Shown piece by piece: positions 48,551 to 61,849 of a DNA stretch of 64,000 nt (within the stretch, counting starts at the first letter, position 1; every line of letters begins with the position of its first letter). The position numbers and the translations under genes were made by a program. The DNA comes from Callorhinchus milii (taxonomy: Eukaryota). The stretch is taken from positions 74,774,001 to 74,838,000 of the forward strand of contig NW_024704743.1 in assembly GCF_018977255.1 (NCBI RefSeq). The letters run 5' to 3'. The notes beneath the pieces were generated by a model that had not been told where the DNA came from, ran no database searches, and was given only the letters and a program-made list of their open reading frames with translations.

Positions 48551-49429
48551 GGACTATTAAAAAACTCAGCACTCACTGAAAGTCAGCACTCACTTCTACT
48601 GTGTGCATCGTAAAGAATGAATAGTCATACCAAGCAAGAAGAATAAGAGACATTTGTCATGCACATAAAAATCTTATGGCTTTATTTCCAAAACATAAAC
48701 AATAAGACCCAAAACAGCTCAATGCTCAAATCACTGTCAAATATTGCTGAAAGTAAAATTACAAACTACTGTACTACTATAAAAGCAACTTTTCTTTTTA
48801 CAAAAATCAGGCCATTTGAAATGTTGCAATAAAAACGAAATGTTTCTAACACTGAAAGCACTTTTCGGAATATCAACTTTTCATTAATTGAAAAAAATAG
48901 GCATTAAATCAATTTATAAGTTATTTGGTCAACTCCCTTAATTGGTAGCACTCTCGCCTCCAAGATCCTGTCTGACTGTTCAGGGGGACATTAAACATCT
49001 CACAACACTATTCAAAAAGAGAAGGGAGTTTCTCTTGGTATCCAAGACAACAATCCTCAGATAAAATGAATCATTCGTCTAATTCATAGTTGTTTGTGGC
49101 ACTTTGCTGTGCACAAATAGCTGCTATATTTTCTTACAAATATAATCAATATTACTTTGTTGATGTAAGATGGTGCTACTGATTAAAATCTGAAAGAATA
49201 CACACACATTTCTTCAACTTGTGAAGAAATTCTTTCTGATTTTATTCATTCTGTTGCTTTTGCACTACATCATCCCTGAGAATAAGTGGAGCAGAATTTA
49301 CAGATTATTTATTAGATTATTTTCATAAAAATAATCTTCTAGTTTGTGTCTAATAATTGATTTAGAACATCCTCCCGATGTGAAAGGCAAATGTAATTTG
49401 TTGTTGCTGTTGTATTGATTTTCTAATTC

Positions 49430-49915
49430 TTGAGGTTGTCCAACAGGTTTGTATTTGCCAGGTATTGTCTCTGTCACTTTTCTTAAAATATGGGAAACTC
49501 GCTTGTTTCCAGTATGTCAGACCCTCCCAGGTCGTGATCAACTCCTTGTTAAAGTCTGTCAGTGCTTTACGTATCTTGTGTCTAATGCATGTAACCTATG
49601 AGCCTCTCTGGAACCTCTGCTTCACTGATGTCGAAGTTCCCATCCCGCTGGATGTTGGGGGGTATATTTTAGTGCTCTCCCCAGTAAAAACGTCCAGGAA
49701 GTTGTCATTTCATGACTTTGCTGACTCATGTTTCTTAAAGCCCTCGTTTAAATTCCCTAGCATTTTAACTTCTTCCCGATCTATCCTCTTACTGTTATAA
49801 TGTTGGTATAATTGTTTGGCGTTATGCTTGGTCACTGTGCTATGTCACTTTCCAATTCTCTTTTAACTCCCCTGATCTCTTATCTGACCTCCTTCTGTAC
49901 AGGGTGTTCGCAAAG
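49430..49915 (-). mobile_element. Degenerate CR1 ORF2 fragments
   Basis: ccctcccaggtcgtgatcaactccttgtt and agtgctttacgtatc read as CR1-like coding scraps on -. Confidence 0.5.
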
Positions 49916-50885
49916 TCCTGCCCCTGCACCACCGCCACCCCCCACCCTCTTTGTTTCATTCTTACAATTAATTTTTATTTTCTGTTCCAGATGAGTCGAG
50001 TGTAACAATGTCTGATACCAGTAATTTCCTCATGACTCCATCCATGTTACAGAAAATATTGCACCGAACAAGCCGGCAGATCATTATCTGCCATGAAAAT
50101 GATGGCGCTCACACATACCAATCCTCTAAACATCTAAATACAGTTAAACATTTGTACTGAATACAATTATGTACCTCTAAATACAATTATCATCATTCTT
50201 CCACATGTTTCAGTTGTTGGTCAGAGCACTGCAAAAAACATTATGGGGGTAACAGGATTTTGAAAGTCCTGTAGAATCTGGTGCTCAGCTCAGTATGCGT
50301 ACAAACTTTGCAAATCTTGCTTTTTCTTAACGTTCCTTTTCATGATTTCTGAGGATCAATGTTGGAGTATTTTTGTTGGAAGGTTCCTCTGCTGCTGCAC
50401 TTGACTTTGGGTATGTAGTTGTCCTGCATTCACTGTCTTTGAAGGATGCCCATTTATCCTCAGCTGGTTTGTCCTTGACTAATGCCTTCCGGTCTGTCAT
50501 CAAGCCTTTCCACAAACCTCTAGGGAATGTCAAATCATGGCTAATACAGGCCCATTTCTTTATCCCCAGTAGCGCAAGCCATTCAAATATACATCCAGTG
50601 AAAGCCATTCAAATATACATCCAGTATGATCATATTACTAGTTTTGCTTGAGTTATTAAATTGCAGAGTAAGATGTTTGTGACAGGTTAAGCTGCTAGCA
50701 GGTTTCTTCTATTATTTTCAAACTATGAATATTCACTTATATTACAACAATGGTGAAGACTATTAAGTAGAATTAGAAAAAAGAATTCCCAATTTTTTTT
50801 CTTAGATGCATTTCTACTTAATACACAATTTCAGATCCAATTCATCCATGCTCCTGCTCCTCTTTAAATGTATTGAACCTGGAGT

Positions 50886-51980
50886 TTACAAAACAAATGT
50901 TCCAAAAGTTTCTGATTCTGAAACTACAGAGGACCGTTTACTGGTGCCCGGCTGTGGTTTAAATAATTTCAGGAATTGCCTCTGATTGAAGCAACCAATG
51001 TCTTTCAGAAATTTTAGGAGGTGTTGACGGAACTTCACACCAATGAAAGCATAAAGGAATGGGTTGAGGCAGCAGTGCAGGAAGGCTATGCTCTGCGTTA
51101 TCTGGGTGGCAATATCCACGTTTTTGAGGGTGTTGCAGTCTGTTATGGTAATATTGTCAGCATCCAACAATTTGACTATCAAAAAGCTGTTGTAAGGCAA
51201 TTGTGTAAGTACGAATGTACTGACCACTGCAACTATCACCTTTATTGCTTTGTGCTTTTGGAACCTTTTAGTCTGGAGCAGAGTCCAAGTGATCAGTGAG
51301 TAGCAGATCATCATGATAACCAGGGGCAGCAGGAAGCCAAAAGTCACCTGCAATGCAAAGGCTACCACTTTCATGTTCTTGCTTGGGTAATTCGATGAGC
51401 AGGTCATTTGGGATTCATTTGTTGAACTGAAAGCAAACTCTGGGAAAGACAATATTGTTGCAATTATCCAAACAAACAGGCACACTAATTTGCTTTGAAG
51501 AAGCCTTTTATTTTTTGAGTAGTGTGCCTTTGTCGCCAGAACAATAGCAATATACCTGTCAAAGCTGATGCAGGTCAAGAGAAACATGCAGCTGAAGAGG
51601 TTGATCTTGTACACCCCGGACACAATTTTGCACAAGCTGCTTCCGAATCTCCATCCTATGCTGGCATTTAGTGCCCAGAAGGGCAGGGTGCAGAGGAAAA
51701 GCAGGTCAGCGATAGATAGGTTCAGGAGATAAACATCTGTCATGGTCTTTATTCTCTTGTAGAAAGCATATAACACCACAACCAGAATATTCCCTATAGC
51801 ACCTAACAGACACACACACCAATAGAAGGCTGGTTGGAAATATTGGCTGAATTGTCTAACCTCACTTCTGTCACACAATCCACTTGAATAATCATAATCA
51901 ACACTTGAGGATATGGAGTCATCATAGTTGGCCATAGTAGGGAAATAATATGGGCTGTAGACATCTACATTTGTAGACAT
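50886..51980 (-). CDS. CCR9: C-C chemokine receptor 9 (364 aa)
   Basis: Intact 7TM ORF: KTMTDVYLLNLSIADLLFLCTLPFW, DRYIAIV, QKHKAIKV, TQLPYN, AFLHCCLNPFLYAFIGVKFR. Upstream in-frame TAA; acceptor tttgcag at 52018-52024. Synteny with FYCO1/CXCR6. Confidence 0.9.
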   Translation of the reverse strand: MSTNVDVYSPYYFPTMANYDDSISSSVDYDYSSGLCDRSEVRQFSQYFQPAFYWCVCLLGAIGNILVVVLYAFYKRIKTMTDVYLLNLSIADLLFLCTLPFWALNASIGWRFGSSLCKIVSGVYKINLFSCMFLLTCISFDRYIAIVLATKAHYSKNKRLLQSKLVCLFVWIIATILSFPEFAFSSTNESQMTCSSNYPSKNMKVVAFALQVTFGFLLPLVIMMICYSLITWTLLQTKRFQKHKAIKVIVAVVSTFVLTQLPYNSFLIVKLLDADNITITDCNTLKNVDIATQITQSIAFLHCCLNPFLYAFIGVKFRQHLLKFLKDIGCFNQRQFLKLFKPQPGTSKRSSVVSESETFGTFVL

Positions 51981-52039
51981 TGTTATGATGGCTGCCTCAC
52001 TCGTTTAAAAATGTAACCTGCAAATGAACAGAGTTTGAT

Positions 52040-52330
52040 TAGAATCATAGGATCATAGAATCTTACAGAAGGAAGTACCTGTGCCGGTTCTTTCAAAGAG
52101 CTGTCCAACTAGTCTCACTCAACTGTTCTTACCCCATTGCCCTGCAAATTTTTCTTTTTCAAATATCTATCCAATTCCCTTTTGAAAGCTAATTTTGAAT
52201 CAGCTTCCATCATCCTTTTAGCCAGTGCATTCCACATCATAACAACTCTTTGGGTAAAAAAAATTCTCATCGCTTCCCCTCTGGTTCTTTTGTCACTTAT
52301 CTTAATTTTGTGTCTTCTGGTTATCTAACG
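52040..52330 (-). mobile_element. CR1 3' end just upstream of the CCR9 acceptor
   Basis: atcataggatcatagaatc tail; gtgcattccacatcataacaactctttgggtaaaaaa (FFTQRVVMMWNAL on -). Confidence 0.8.
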
Positions 52331-53659
52331 ACCCCGCCAATTAATTGCAGTATATACTGTGGAGTACAACACTTTTTTTTAACTACAGTACCCTTCAAAT
52401 ATAATAGGGTGAAAAATGTGACATTTTTTAACCCATTCGCTGCGGTTTTGCACATGTTAGTGAAACACTGAAATTTTCACCCCTATGATTCATTGCCAAA
52501 AGAGGGCTATTTCTAATAGTGCAAACCTTTAACTGTCGAGCACCTTGGGATTCCTTCCCATGTGAAAAGTTCTGTGTTGCTATATACTGTAAATGTAACA
52601 TGTTGCTGTTGTTGTTGAAAAGAGGCAACAGCATCAGCTGCCGATTTCTTGCCCTTGGATTTCTATTGTTCTATGGCTCGAGCAATAACATTCAGACATT
52701 GCTTTTATAATATTAACAAACATAAATAGGCAAACATTAGTTTCCTTTTCTTCAGGTAACATCTGAGAAAATAAAGCTGAAATTTAGGTAACCCTGCTTT
52801 TAAAAAAATTGAGTTTTGACTAAGGCAGATTACTTAATAACTCAGGTATTAATCACCATGTTTGTGTCATCATTTCTTTAAAATAGAAAGTTGCTTACTT
52901 ATTTTGTCCCTTATTGTTGTGGCAGTAGTATTAAATAAACCTTGGCACATTTTTCTCCAAGGATTTGATATAAGGACTCCAACAAGAGCACATTTAGTTC
53001 ACAGAAATCCCATTGAAGTGGTAGTGAAACCAAGCAAAACCATGTGGCATGTCCTGAATGATATGAGCTGTTTCCCAATAAACCCAGAAATACCAATAAA
53101 CCCATGCTACACACTGAAATTTAAGGGAGTGGAAGGCAAGCCTTGCAATGTGGCCGTTTCTGTGTTGGTGCATTTTATTGAAACAATCTAAGCTCATTTT
53201 GTTACGTTGCACTTTAACTTAAATTCTCTGCTGGCATTGTGTAGTTTGCCTCTGTGCTGCTGGGGGAAACTTTTTTTGAAGCTTTTGTGGTAATGTAATG
53301 CCACACCATGATTTATATCAGTCAGGTGCAGAGCTTACATATATAACCACAGACTCTGCCATTGCTTGATGTTCTAAGATACCAATGGTCTTCAGAAACA
53401 GATGGTGCAGCACACAAAGGAGAGCCAAGTCATACACAGCTCTTGGAATCACAGGATGGTACAATGTTAGAGCACAGAAGGCGGCCATTGTCAGCGTCTG
53501 TGTTGCTGAACAACCCACTCTAAAGACATTTCTTCTAACTTCTCCCTTTTGCCTTCTCATATTAACCCTTTATTTATGTCTTTTTATTACTGATGGGAGA
53601 CACAGAGTCATCCCACTCAGCAATTTAACCCTGCAAGCCAAAGTTCTAACATGTAGGGT

Positions 53660-53925
53660 GCCAGCTGGACAAGCAGCGGGAAAGCTTGCCAGACACTGCT
53701 GGTTAGACTTCCAACAGTTTCCCCAACTGGGTTCCCCGAGCCGTGGCTCTTACCAACTTGCACCTAATACTTTCCAGAATTAGCCAAGCAGGATGCTTCC
53801 CTCCAGGGAGAGAGTGAGCATTCCACTCCAGTTCACATGAATTTCCACACGTAGGTGGGATGCATGAAACTTTCAGTGTGGTTTGGATACTCTTAAGATG
53901 GGTTTCCGTACGTGTCAGACACTAA
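53660..53925 (+). repeat. Unclassified repeat copy linking the two halves of the family
   Basis: agctggacaagcagc.ggaaagcttgcc...ggttagact...ccctccagggagagag...gtgtcagacac. Confidence 0.7.
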
Positions 53926-54199
53926 TAAAAAAGTTACTTACTCACGCACTGATCAGTAGAAATAGTCTTTCTTTATTTACCCGACAAAACCATTCACTAA
54001 ACTGAAGTTCTGTGTCTGTTCCCATGATAGCACTTTGAAAAGCAAACGGAGTGTCTTCTGGTGTTTTAGCCAATTATCATCAGATAAATTGGTCATTCAA
54101 TTCTTGGCTGTTTGTAGGATCTTACAGTGCTGTACATCTACTACAAAAAGTCCCCACAAGATAAAAATGACTATAAAAAGATTTGGGACATTTTGATGA

Positions 54200-54887
54200 A
54201 TAATAATAATAATCCGTGCATTTGATATAGCGCCTTATCATGTCTTCAAGACGTCTCAAAGCGTTTCACAGAATATACCGTAAAGTGAATTGACTGTGTC
54301 TTTTGCGGGTGAAATGCAGCAGCCAATTGCATATAGCAGTGTCCCACAAACAGTAGTGGATTGAGTGACCAAATTATTATTTTTAAAAGGAATTATAATA
54401 ATAATCCTTGCAATTGATATAGCGCTTTTCACATCTTCTCGATGTCTCAAAGCGCTTCAAAGAATATGCTGTAAAGTGAATTGACTGTATATTTGTGGGT
54501 GAAACGCGGCAGCCAATTGCGCACAGCAGTGTCCCACAAACAGTCGGGGATTGAAAATGACCGATTTATTATTGTTTTATTTTTTGGGAGGGATTATTAT
54601 TAGGCGTGTGGAATAAGAAAACTTGCTCAAGGTTTTGCCCTGCCTGGAATTGAACCCGGTGTCTCGCTTGCAAAGTGAGTGCTCTAACCACTGAGCTACA
54701 GGACTCCACATTATTATTATCCCTGGAGAAGCCAATCGACTGACAACCGGGTTCCTACTTACTACTAGGTAAACAGAGGCATATGGAGTAAGGAAACTTT
54801 CCCAAAGTTTCACCCTGCCCGGGAATCAAATCCAGGTCTCTTGCTTGTGAGGTGAGTGCTCTAACCACCTGAGCTACAGGACTCCAC
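54200..54887 (-). mobile_element. Long-subfamily SINE with a short-subfamily SINE (54395-54709) nested inside
   Basis: Long head at 54887-54711 ends in ataataa; the complete short SINE follows; the long element resumes with its Deu block and tail to 54200. Confidence 0.85.
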
Positions 54888-56300
54888 TTAGAATAAAACG
54901 CTAAAAAAAAATTGCAAGTTTTCCATGTCTTTCTATTCTGCACGGTGAACTTTTCAGTCAATACTGAATGCACTGTACAGGCAGAGGTCTGACAGGTGTT
55001 ATAAGAACACTCTTTGTTGCACTCTTTGTTGAGAAGGGTTGTTCAGAATTGTTACTGAAATCTCGGGTGGAATACATTTCAAGCAACCAAATGTCACATC
55101 AAGTCGCAGTGCTTGTAAAAGCAGTGCGATTATGAATAATTATTTGATTTTTGGGTCTGCTGATATCCTAAAAGTAGGAACACATCAGAGAGAAAATGTA
55201 AACCTTAAAATGTGCTTTTTCCAACATTCAATTTAAGTTCATTTTGCTATATTTAGCCGTAACCTAAAACAATGATGTTTTATTGTGAAGTTTATTTACT
55301 ACAAAATCAATTACAAAATACACAGTCAATGTATTTATGTTTCTGCTCATTTCTGATCATGAATCCAACTTGTTCCTTAAAGTGTCAAACGTGTATTTCC
55401 AAGTAGAAAATTTATAAATGTATCACAGAACATAGCGGAGCTTAACCTGATGAGAAACACTCTTCAGTTTGAAAGCATTAGGTGTTTTGTAGCTTCAAAC
55501 AAACAATTCAGTTTAAATTGATTTTGGAAACCATCAATAACACCATATATGGCTTAGCTAATATTTCTGATCTTGCATTGAAATGGTTCAACGAGCAATA
55601 GATGCATAACAAAACGCTAGCACTGCAAGCAGAAAGCTGCTATGGAGGTGAAATTGCGCTGTTCGGTAAATTGCCCAACCCCTTTGCATGTTCAGAAAGA
55701 CATTTCTGAGATCGAGTGGCTTTTGAAGACTTCCCAGACAAGATCAGCGCAATGCCTGATATTGTTAGCAAGCAGGATCTGACTCATATAAATCATGCTT
55801 TAATGTGGACACAAGTTGCATCAAAATCGAAATTCAAAGTGAAATGAACATGTGGCCCCAACCCAAAGATTTCCCCTCACTCAATCTGGAATATTAGTTT
55901 GTGATCAGTAAACGGGTTCAGTAATTTACAGGGACCTTTACCCACAGAAAGGAATTCTCTCAGGGTACAACCCAAAAACATTACTATCATCTGTTACTTA
56001 GCAAAGTTTACGAACCTGGGGTAATCCGTACAATTTTGTTAAAAATGGATTAGAAACATTGAAGACTTGATTGATTTGGGTTGTTTACATAATAATAATA
56101 ATCCTTCCAGTTGATATAGCACCTTATATCATTGAAACATCTCAAAGAGCTTGACAAAGTATACTGTAAAGTGAATTGACTGTACTTTGTGGGCGAATTG
56201 TCTGAAGAGCACAAGCATCAAAAGAAAGGAAAATGTTGTGACAGCTCCAGCCACTGATCCAAATTTGGAGTTAAAAATGTATCAAGAAATTCCTTCTTAC

Positions 56301-56550
56301 CTTGAGAAATGAGCAGTGAGTCAGAGATTTAAGCTGTCTGGTCAGTCCTTGACAGAAGCCCCGGGCATATGAAACTATCTCCGCCCTCAAGAACTGCTGC
56401 CTCGAATTTTTAACACAACTATAAGCGACTTTACGAATCACATGATGGGCTGGACCACAGTTATTTACGGCTTTGATTCCTTGATAACGCAGACAGTGTT
56501 GAACTCGATTCATGGTGTAATACATGGGTTGTAGAATCAAACCACAGAAC
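56301..56550 (-). promoter_or_regulatory. Candidate upstream non-coding exon/promoter of CCR9
   Basis: Minus-strand donor CAAG|GTAAGA at 56300 in non-repetitive sequence; RUNX-type ACCACA sites at 56454 and 56541; TGAGTCA near 56317. Inference only. Confidence 0.25.
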
Positions 56551-57445
56551 AGGTTACAGCCAGGTTGCAAAGCAAACTGTGCAAGAACACTCAATAATTT
56601 ATTACACCAAATCTGCTATGGATATACAATACATTTGTATATATTGAATGCTTCACACCTCCAAACGGTTTCAAACACAATACGAAGGTGTAACCGCTGG
56701 AATTTAGTTTTATAAACTGTTTCACACGGGTAGAACCTAAAGCAAGACAGTATGTCACGTAGTCAAGCTGGAGGGGATCTAGATTTATTCTCTGTTTTCT
56801 TAGGATTTCAGAATTTGACAAATTGTTAAATTCAGTCTTAGCTTTGAAGCCCTTAAGCTTTCAGGTGGAAAACATATGTGTTGAGCTGTAAAACACTGAT
56901 GTAGAACAGCGTTTTGGGGCTCTACCATACAAATGAAACAAATTGAGGAACTGGTTACACCTGTTGCTTGTGTAGAAGAAAAAAACTTTGAGGTCATTAG
57001 GGCTGAAACTGAAAGAATGAAAGCTGAATGGGCAGAATCTCTGAAAGAGTGTTTTTGTGTGCTAGCAAACACAGCAGCCACTTGATCCACCAAAGTCCCA
57101 TGAGCAGCCAGGAGAATTGTTGGGAGGAACACTATTCTTCAAGTAACGTAATGAGATCGACGTGTACAAACTGGAGGGTAGCGATTTTATGTGGCTTTAT
57201 CTGTATTCTTTAAATCTATGAATGACATGAAAACCAAGATCAAAGTACACCCCAGCAGAAAGTACCCGGCGTATTTTCAGTTTTCACTGGTGCCTGCGCT
57301 CTCTGGGAGTTTCTACTGTAAAATGGATTTGAGATGAATTTCATTGTTGCTGAGAACGAGCCGTTCAAATGCTTTAGGAAAGTATCAGAAGGTGAAGCTG
57401 AGTCAGAGCAGCGAGCCAATCTGCCACACGCGGAACATTTGTGGA

Positions 57446-57768
57446 GTGGAGTCCTGTAGCTCAGTGGTTAGAGCACTCGCTTTGCAAATGAGAGACCTGA
57501 GTTCAATTCCCGGCAGAGGGCGAAACCTTGGGCAAGTTTCCTTACTCCACACACCTAATAGTAATCCCTCCAAAAACCAAAAACAATAATAAATTGGTCA
57601 TTTTCAATCTACGACTGTTTGTGGGACATTGCTGTGCACAATTGGCTGCCGTGTTCACCCACAAATATACAGTCAATTCACTTTACAGTGTGTTCTGTGA
57701 AACGCTTTGGGACGTCCTCCCGACGTGAAAAGCGCTATATCAAATGCAAGGATTATTATTATTATTAT
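57446..57768 (+). mobile_element. Young short-subfamily SINE
   Basis: Full match to 707-1034. Confidence 0.9.
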
Positions 57769-58309
57769 TTTTATATATCTGTGGATCTCTCAGTCTGCTT
57801 TGGATATTTTTAAACATGGTGATAAGTTTTCACATGTGTCAGACAGCTGGCTGGCCAGAAACAAAACTCTGTAACAAAGACATTATAAACCAGATATTCA
57901 ATTCACACATGCTATTTCACGCTCAAGAGAAAACCCAGTCCTCTCTATATACCAGCAGAGCTCATTCAGATGCTTCATTCCAGACATTCATTCCATGTAA
58001 GAACAACAACAAACCGTATTTATGGAGATATCAAAATGGGAAATGAGCAAGAGCAGAAGATGATAATACCACTAGTACTGTTAATGATAATAATGCTTAC
58101 ATCTGGTATTTAGCATCATTCACCCAAAGTGCTTCGCAGAATATGCAGGTAAAATGCAGTCAGTGACTGTACACTTTGTAGATCAAAGGCACGGTCAAGG
58201 ACATTGTTTTCCATAGGGCATTGAAGGCAGGTGGAGTAGGAGCAAGGTGAAGGGATTTTAGTACACTATGATTCAAATGCAGTTCTCTCTACATACCAAC
58301 AGACAGCAT

Positions 58310-59212
58310 AACAACAACAAAATGAAATTTTTGTATAGCGCCTTTCACATCAAGAGGATGTCCCAAGGCGCTGGACAATCAGTGGTTTGGACCCAAGCTG
58401 GGGGTCGGGATAGGGAGGATGAAAAGCAGTGGGGGAAGAAGGGTGGTCAAAGGCTTGGTCTTGAGTTGGGTCTTCAAGGAGGCAAGGGAGCAGGTGAGAT
58501 GCAGGGACTGCAGGATGGAGTTCCAGTAGGTTGGGGCGGAGTGGCTGAAGGCCCGCCTGCCAATGGTGGGGCAGGTGAGGCAAGGGACGTGAAGCAGGCT
58601 GGTGTAGGATGGTAGGGGGTTAGAAGAGGTAGGGGGGGAGCAAGGACCAGGATTTTGAACTGTATCCTCTGTGCGATGGGAAGCCAGTGTAGTCGGGCGA
58701 GGATGGGGGTGATAGGGTCACAGAGCCTGGTGCGGGAGAGGACACGGGCTGCAGAGTTTTGGATGATTGCAGCCTGTGGAGGGAGGAGTTGGGAAGGCCG
58801 ACAAGCAGGGAATTTGCATAGTCCAAACCTAGGTGTTATGAATGTGTGTATGAGGGTTTCGGTGGCCTGCGGTGTGAGACAGTGGCGGAGCCGGCGACGT
58901 TGCGGAGTTGGAGAAGGCAGAGCGGGACATGGCACGGATGTGTTGTAGAAAGGATAGTTGAGGTTCAAACAAGACCCCAAGGTCCCGGACTGGCTTAGTA
59001 AGGTGGAGTGTGCAACCATGGATGGTGATGCTGTCAGCACCTGAGGTGTGAAGGTGCTGACGGGATCCAATCAGGAGAGCCTCGGTCTTGTTGACGTTCA
59101 ACTGTAGAAAGTTAGCTCTCATCCAGGACTCAATGTTTGACAGACATTGTGTCAGGACAACAGTGGTCCTGGAGTTGAAGGTGAAGGCAGAGAGATAGAG
59201 TTGGGTGTCATC
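58310..59212 (-). mobile_element. 5'-truncated L2
   Basis: DDTQLY...[18 protein letters not shown]...LHWLPIAQRIQFK plus tail. Confidence 0.9.
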
Positions 59213-61197
59213 ACAGACAACACGTAAAACACAACACATAGCACAATCCAGGATTATAATTATTATTATATTAAATCTTGATACCATAGGATACCTGAGA
59301 TAAAATTTCAGGCCTCAGATATCCGATGTATTAAAACACAGTTTCAGAAAATTAATTCCAAATTAAAACTAAATTTGGGACTGTTTTCCAAAATCCTCCC
59401 GATCTTAAATTTTGTAGTCTTAAGAAATAACAACAACTTGCACTTATATAACGCCCTTCACGTGGGATAAAGTCCCGGAGCTCTTGAGCTTAAGAGCACA
59501 CTTTTAGAGCCTAGCTTCAGTAATCCTAGCAGATTGTTGTTTCTGGTTTTGATCAAAGTGAATAACTGAAGTAAAATTGGTCATTCACTTCACGGTCATT
59601 TGTGAGCCATTGCTGAGTGCAAATTGGCTTCTGTGTTCACCTTCAAAGTGCATAATTTTCAGTAAATCCTGTTTTGCAATTCTTCCCAAGGTGTAATATC
59701 AAATGCAAAGGTTTATTTATTTTAATGATATCTTTATTTTCTGATTTTGAAAGAAGCGGAATGATATTTTGGTTGAATTGATGATTTTAAAATGCCATAA
59801 AATAAAGAAAAGGTAAATGTTCACCATACATAGATCTGTGCTTTTAAGGTGAGCAAATAAACTGGTGGCAGCTGTGTGCTGCCATTCCTGTGTTGTGTCC
59901 AGTCAGCTAAACTGTTACTCATAAATCTGTATCTTGAAAAGCTGCAAAGCCAGAAATAAAGTAAAAACAGATAGGAGAGGCTTGTAGGAAACAAAACACA
60001 AGATAACACAGCATAAAATATCTTGAAGCACTTTATGATATCTTCATCATACCCAAATAAAGCAAGAATTGTGTGCTTTGAGATGCCTTTCTGAGTCAGC
60101 TAGATGTCAGACACATGCAGATTAAGATTATGATTAAGATTATCCAAATCAGATTGTGGGTTCCATGTCACTGAAGAGAGGTGGGGTGGGGAGAGGAGAG
60201 TGGCGATGGTGGGGATTGGAGATGGTAGGTATCAGGGCCTCTTTTGTGCCAGTAATGAAAGTGTCCAGGGATTGGGGAGCAGTGAGCTAGCTGCGTCCTT
60301 GTTTGCAACACTTGTCTACTTGTCCTAAACAAAATCATCTTGTTTAGCTTTTACACATACGTTTACATTCCCCTTTGACCATGCTTTTGGTCATCCTCCC
60401 ACTCCTCTTGCCCTCCACTCCTCTTGATTCCAATCCCCCGCTCGGGTGCAAACCCTTAACTGCCCAATGCCTTGGAACATCTTACAATAAAAAGGGGTTA
60501 TATAAATGCAATTTGTTGATGTTGTTACATTGTCATGGTTAAGTTGACCTAAATTGCTTTGATTTTGTTCCAAGAAAAGAGTATATTGAAGTAACTGACA
60601 CACTTCTCACAGCTTTTACACTGGCTTATAATGAAAATGCTTCACTTCTTATATGAAAAAAAAGCGTCTTTATCTTTTACTTGTGGGCGAAGCAACCTGA
60701 GAACTGAAGGGCTAACAGCTGTACAGCTGGCATAACAAATTGTTATAAGCAGTAAAATAACCACATCCTCTTCAACAAAAAGGGCATATAATCAAGAGCA
60801 TGGTTTGGAACTTGGGCCTCACCTTGTCCAAATTGTTTTTAAACTAAGTGATCATCCCCACATTGTGGCAATGGCTCTAACGGCTATCTCACTGACATTC
60901 TCTAACTCTGCTAGAGAGATTCCAGGTGCTTCCTCACCGCTCCAGTGCCATACATTAGCTGTGAGCTTGACATCACGAGAAAGGGAAAGTTCAATCCAGC
61001 CCACTCCTACTTCACTCTGGCCCTCTATCTGCACTAAACAGATCTTATTTTGCAACCCCCCACCCACCCCACAACCTTTCCGTGTTTCCCCAGATCCAAC
61101 AGTGAACCGTCCTTCGGATAAGGCATTAAACCAAAATGCCAACTGCCTCATCAGGTGGACATAAAAGATGCATTCTTCAAAAAAAAGAGGAATTTGT

Positions 61198-61517
61198 AAT
61201 AATCCTTGCATTTGATATTATCACGTCTTTGAGACACTGTAAAGTGAATTGACTGTATATTTTGTGAGCAAAACACGGCAGCCGATTGCGCACAACAGTC
61301 ATGGATTGAGTAACCAAATTTTTTTTAAAAGGGATTATTACGCCCAGAAAAATGATATGCATATCGACTAACAACCGGGCTCTTACTTACTGCTAAACAA
61401 ATAGATGTGTGTGGAATATGGAAACTTGCCTAGGGTTTCGCCCTGCCCAGGAATGAAACCCAAGCAAAATCTTGCTTGCGAGGCGAGCGCTCTAACAAGT
61501 TTGCTACAGGACTCCAC
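61198..61517 (-). mobile_element. Long-subfamily SINE, degenerate
   Basis: Head, tttagcagtaagtaagagcccggttgttagtcgat segment, Deu block. Confidence 0.75.
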
Positions 61518-61629
61518 TGTCTGGCCATAAATGGAAGTGTCCAATGAAAATTGACATTCCAATCAAATATAACACAGAAGTGCACATCCCAAAATGTCCT
61601 TGCACAGAGCAATGCTCCCTTGTATCCGA

Positions 61630-61731
61630 AAACGAAAACAGAAGTCGCTGGGAACACTCAGCAGGTCAGGCCACATCTATGGAGAAAGGAAAGTGAGTCA
61701 ACATTTCGGGTCCACGGCCCTTCGTCAAAAC
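61630..61731 (-). mobile_element. Second Penelope-type hammerhead remnant
   Basis: Minus strand TTGACGAAGGGCCGTGGACCCGAAATGTTGACTC...CCATAGATGTGGCCTGACCTGCTGAGT, homologous to 6635-6744. Confidence 0.7.
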
Positions 61732-61849
61732 AGACCCTTCGTCCCTTGTATATGATGGCTACATATTAAATGCAAGTTGTTGTCCTCCTAATGTGAAAGG
61801 CATTATATCCAATGCGAAGCTTATTATTATTATAATCTTGCAGTCAATC

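Noticed and set aside
50576..50624. Short direct duplication aagccattcaaatatacatccagt downstream of CCR9
   Set aside because: Simple local tandem duplication with no further structure.
52404..52486. Tiny inverted-end elements (also 57253-57320 and 59283-59326)
   Set aside because: Arms are only ~12-15 bp and imperfect; possibly MITE relics but not supportable from one window.
55441..55490. CTGATGA...GAAA hammerhead-like motif
   Set aside because: Stem II is weak (AAAC/GTTT) and stem I does not pair convincingly; probably chance or a very decayed relic.
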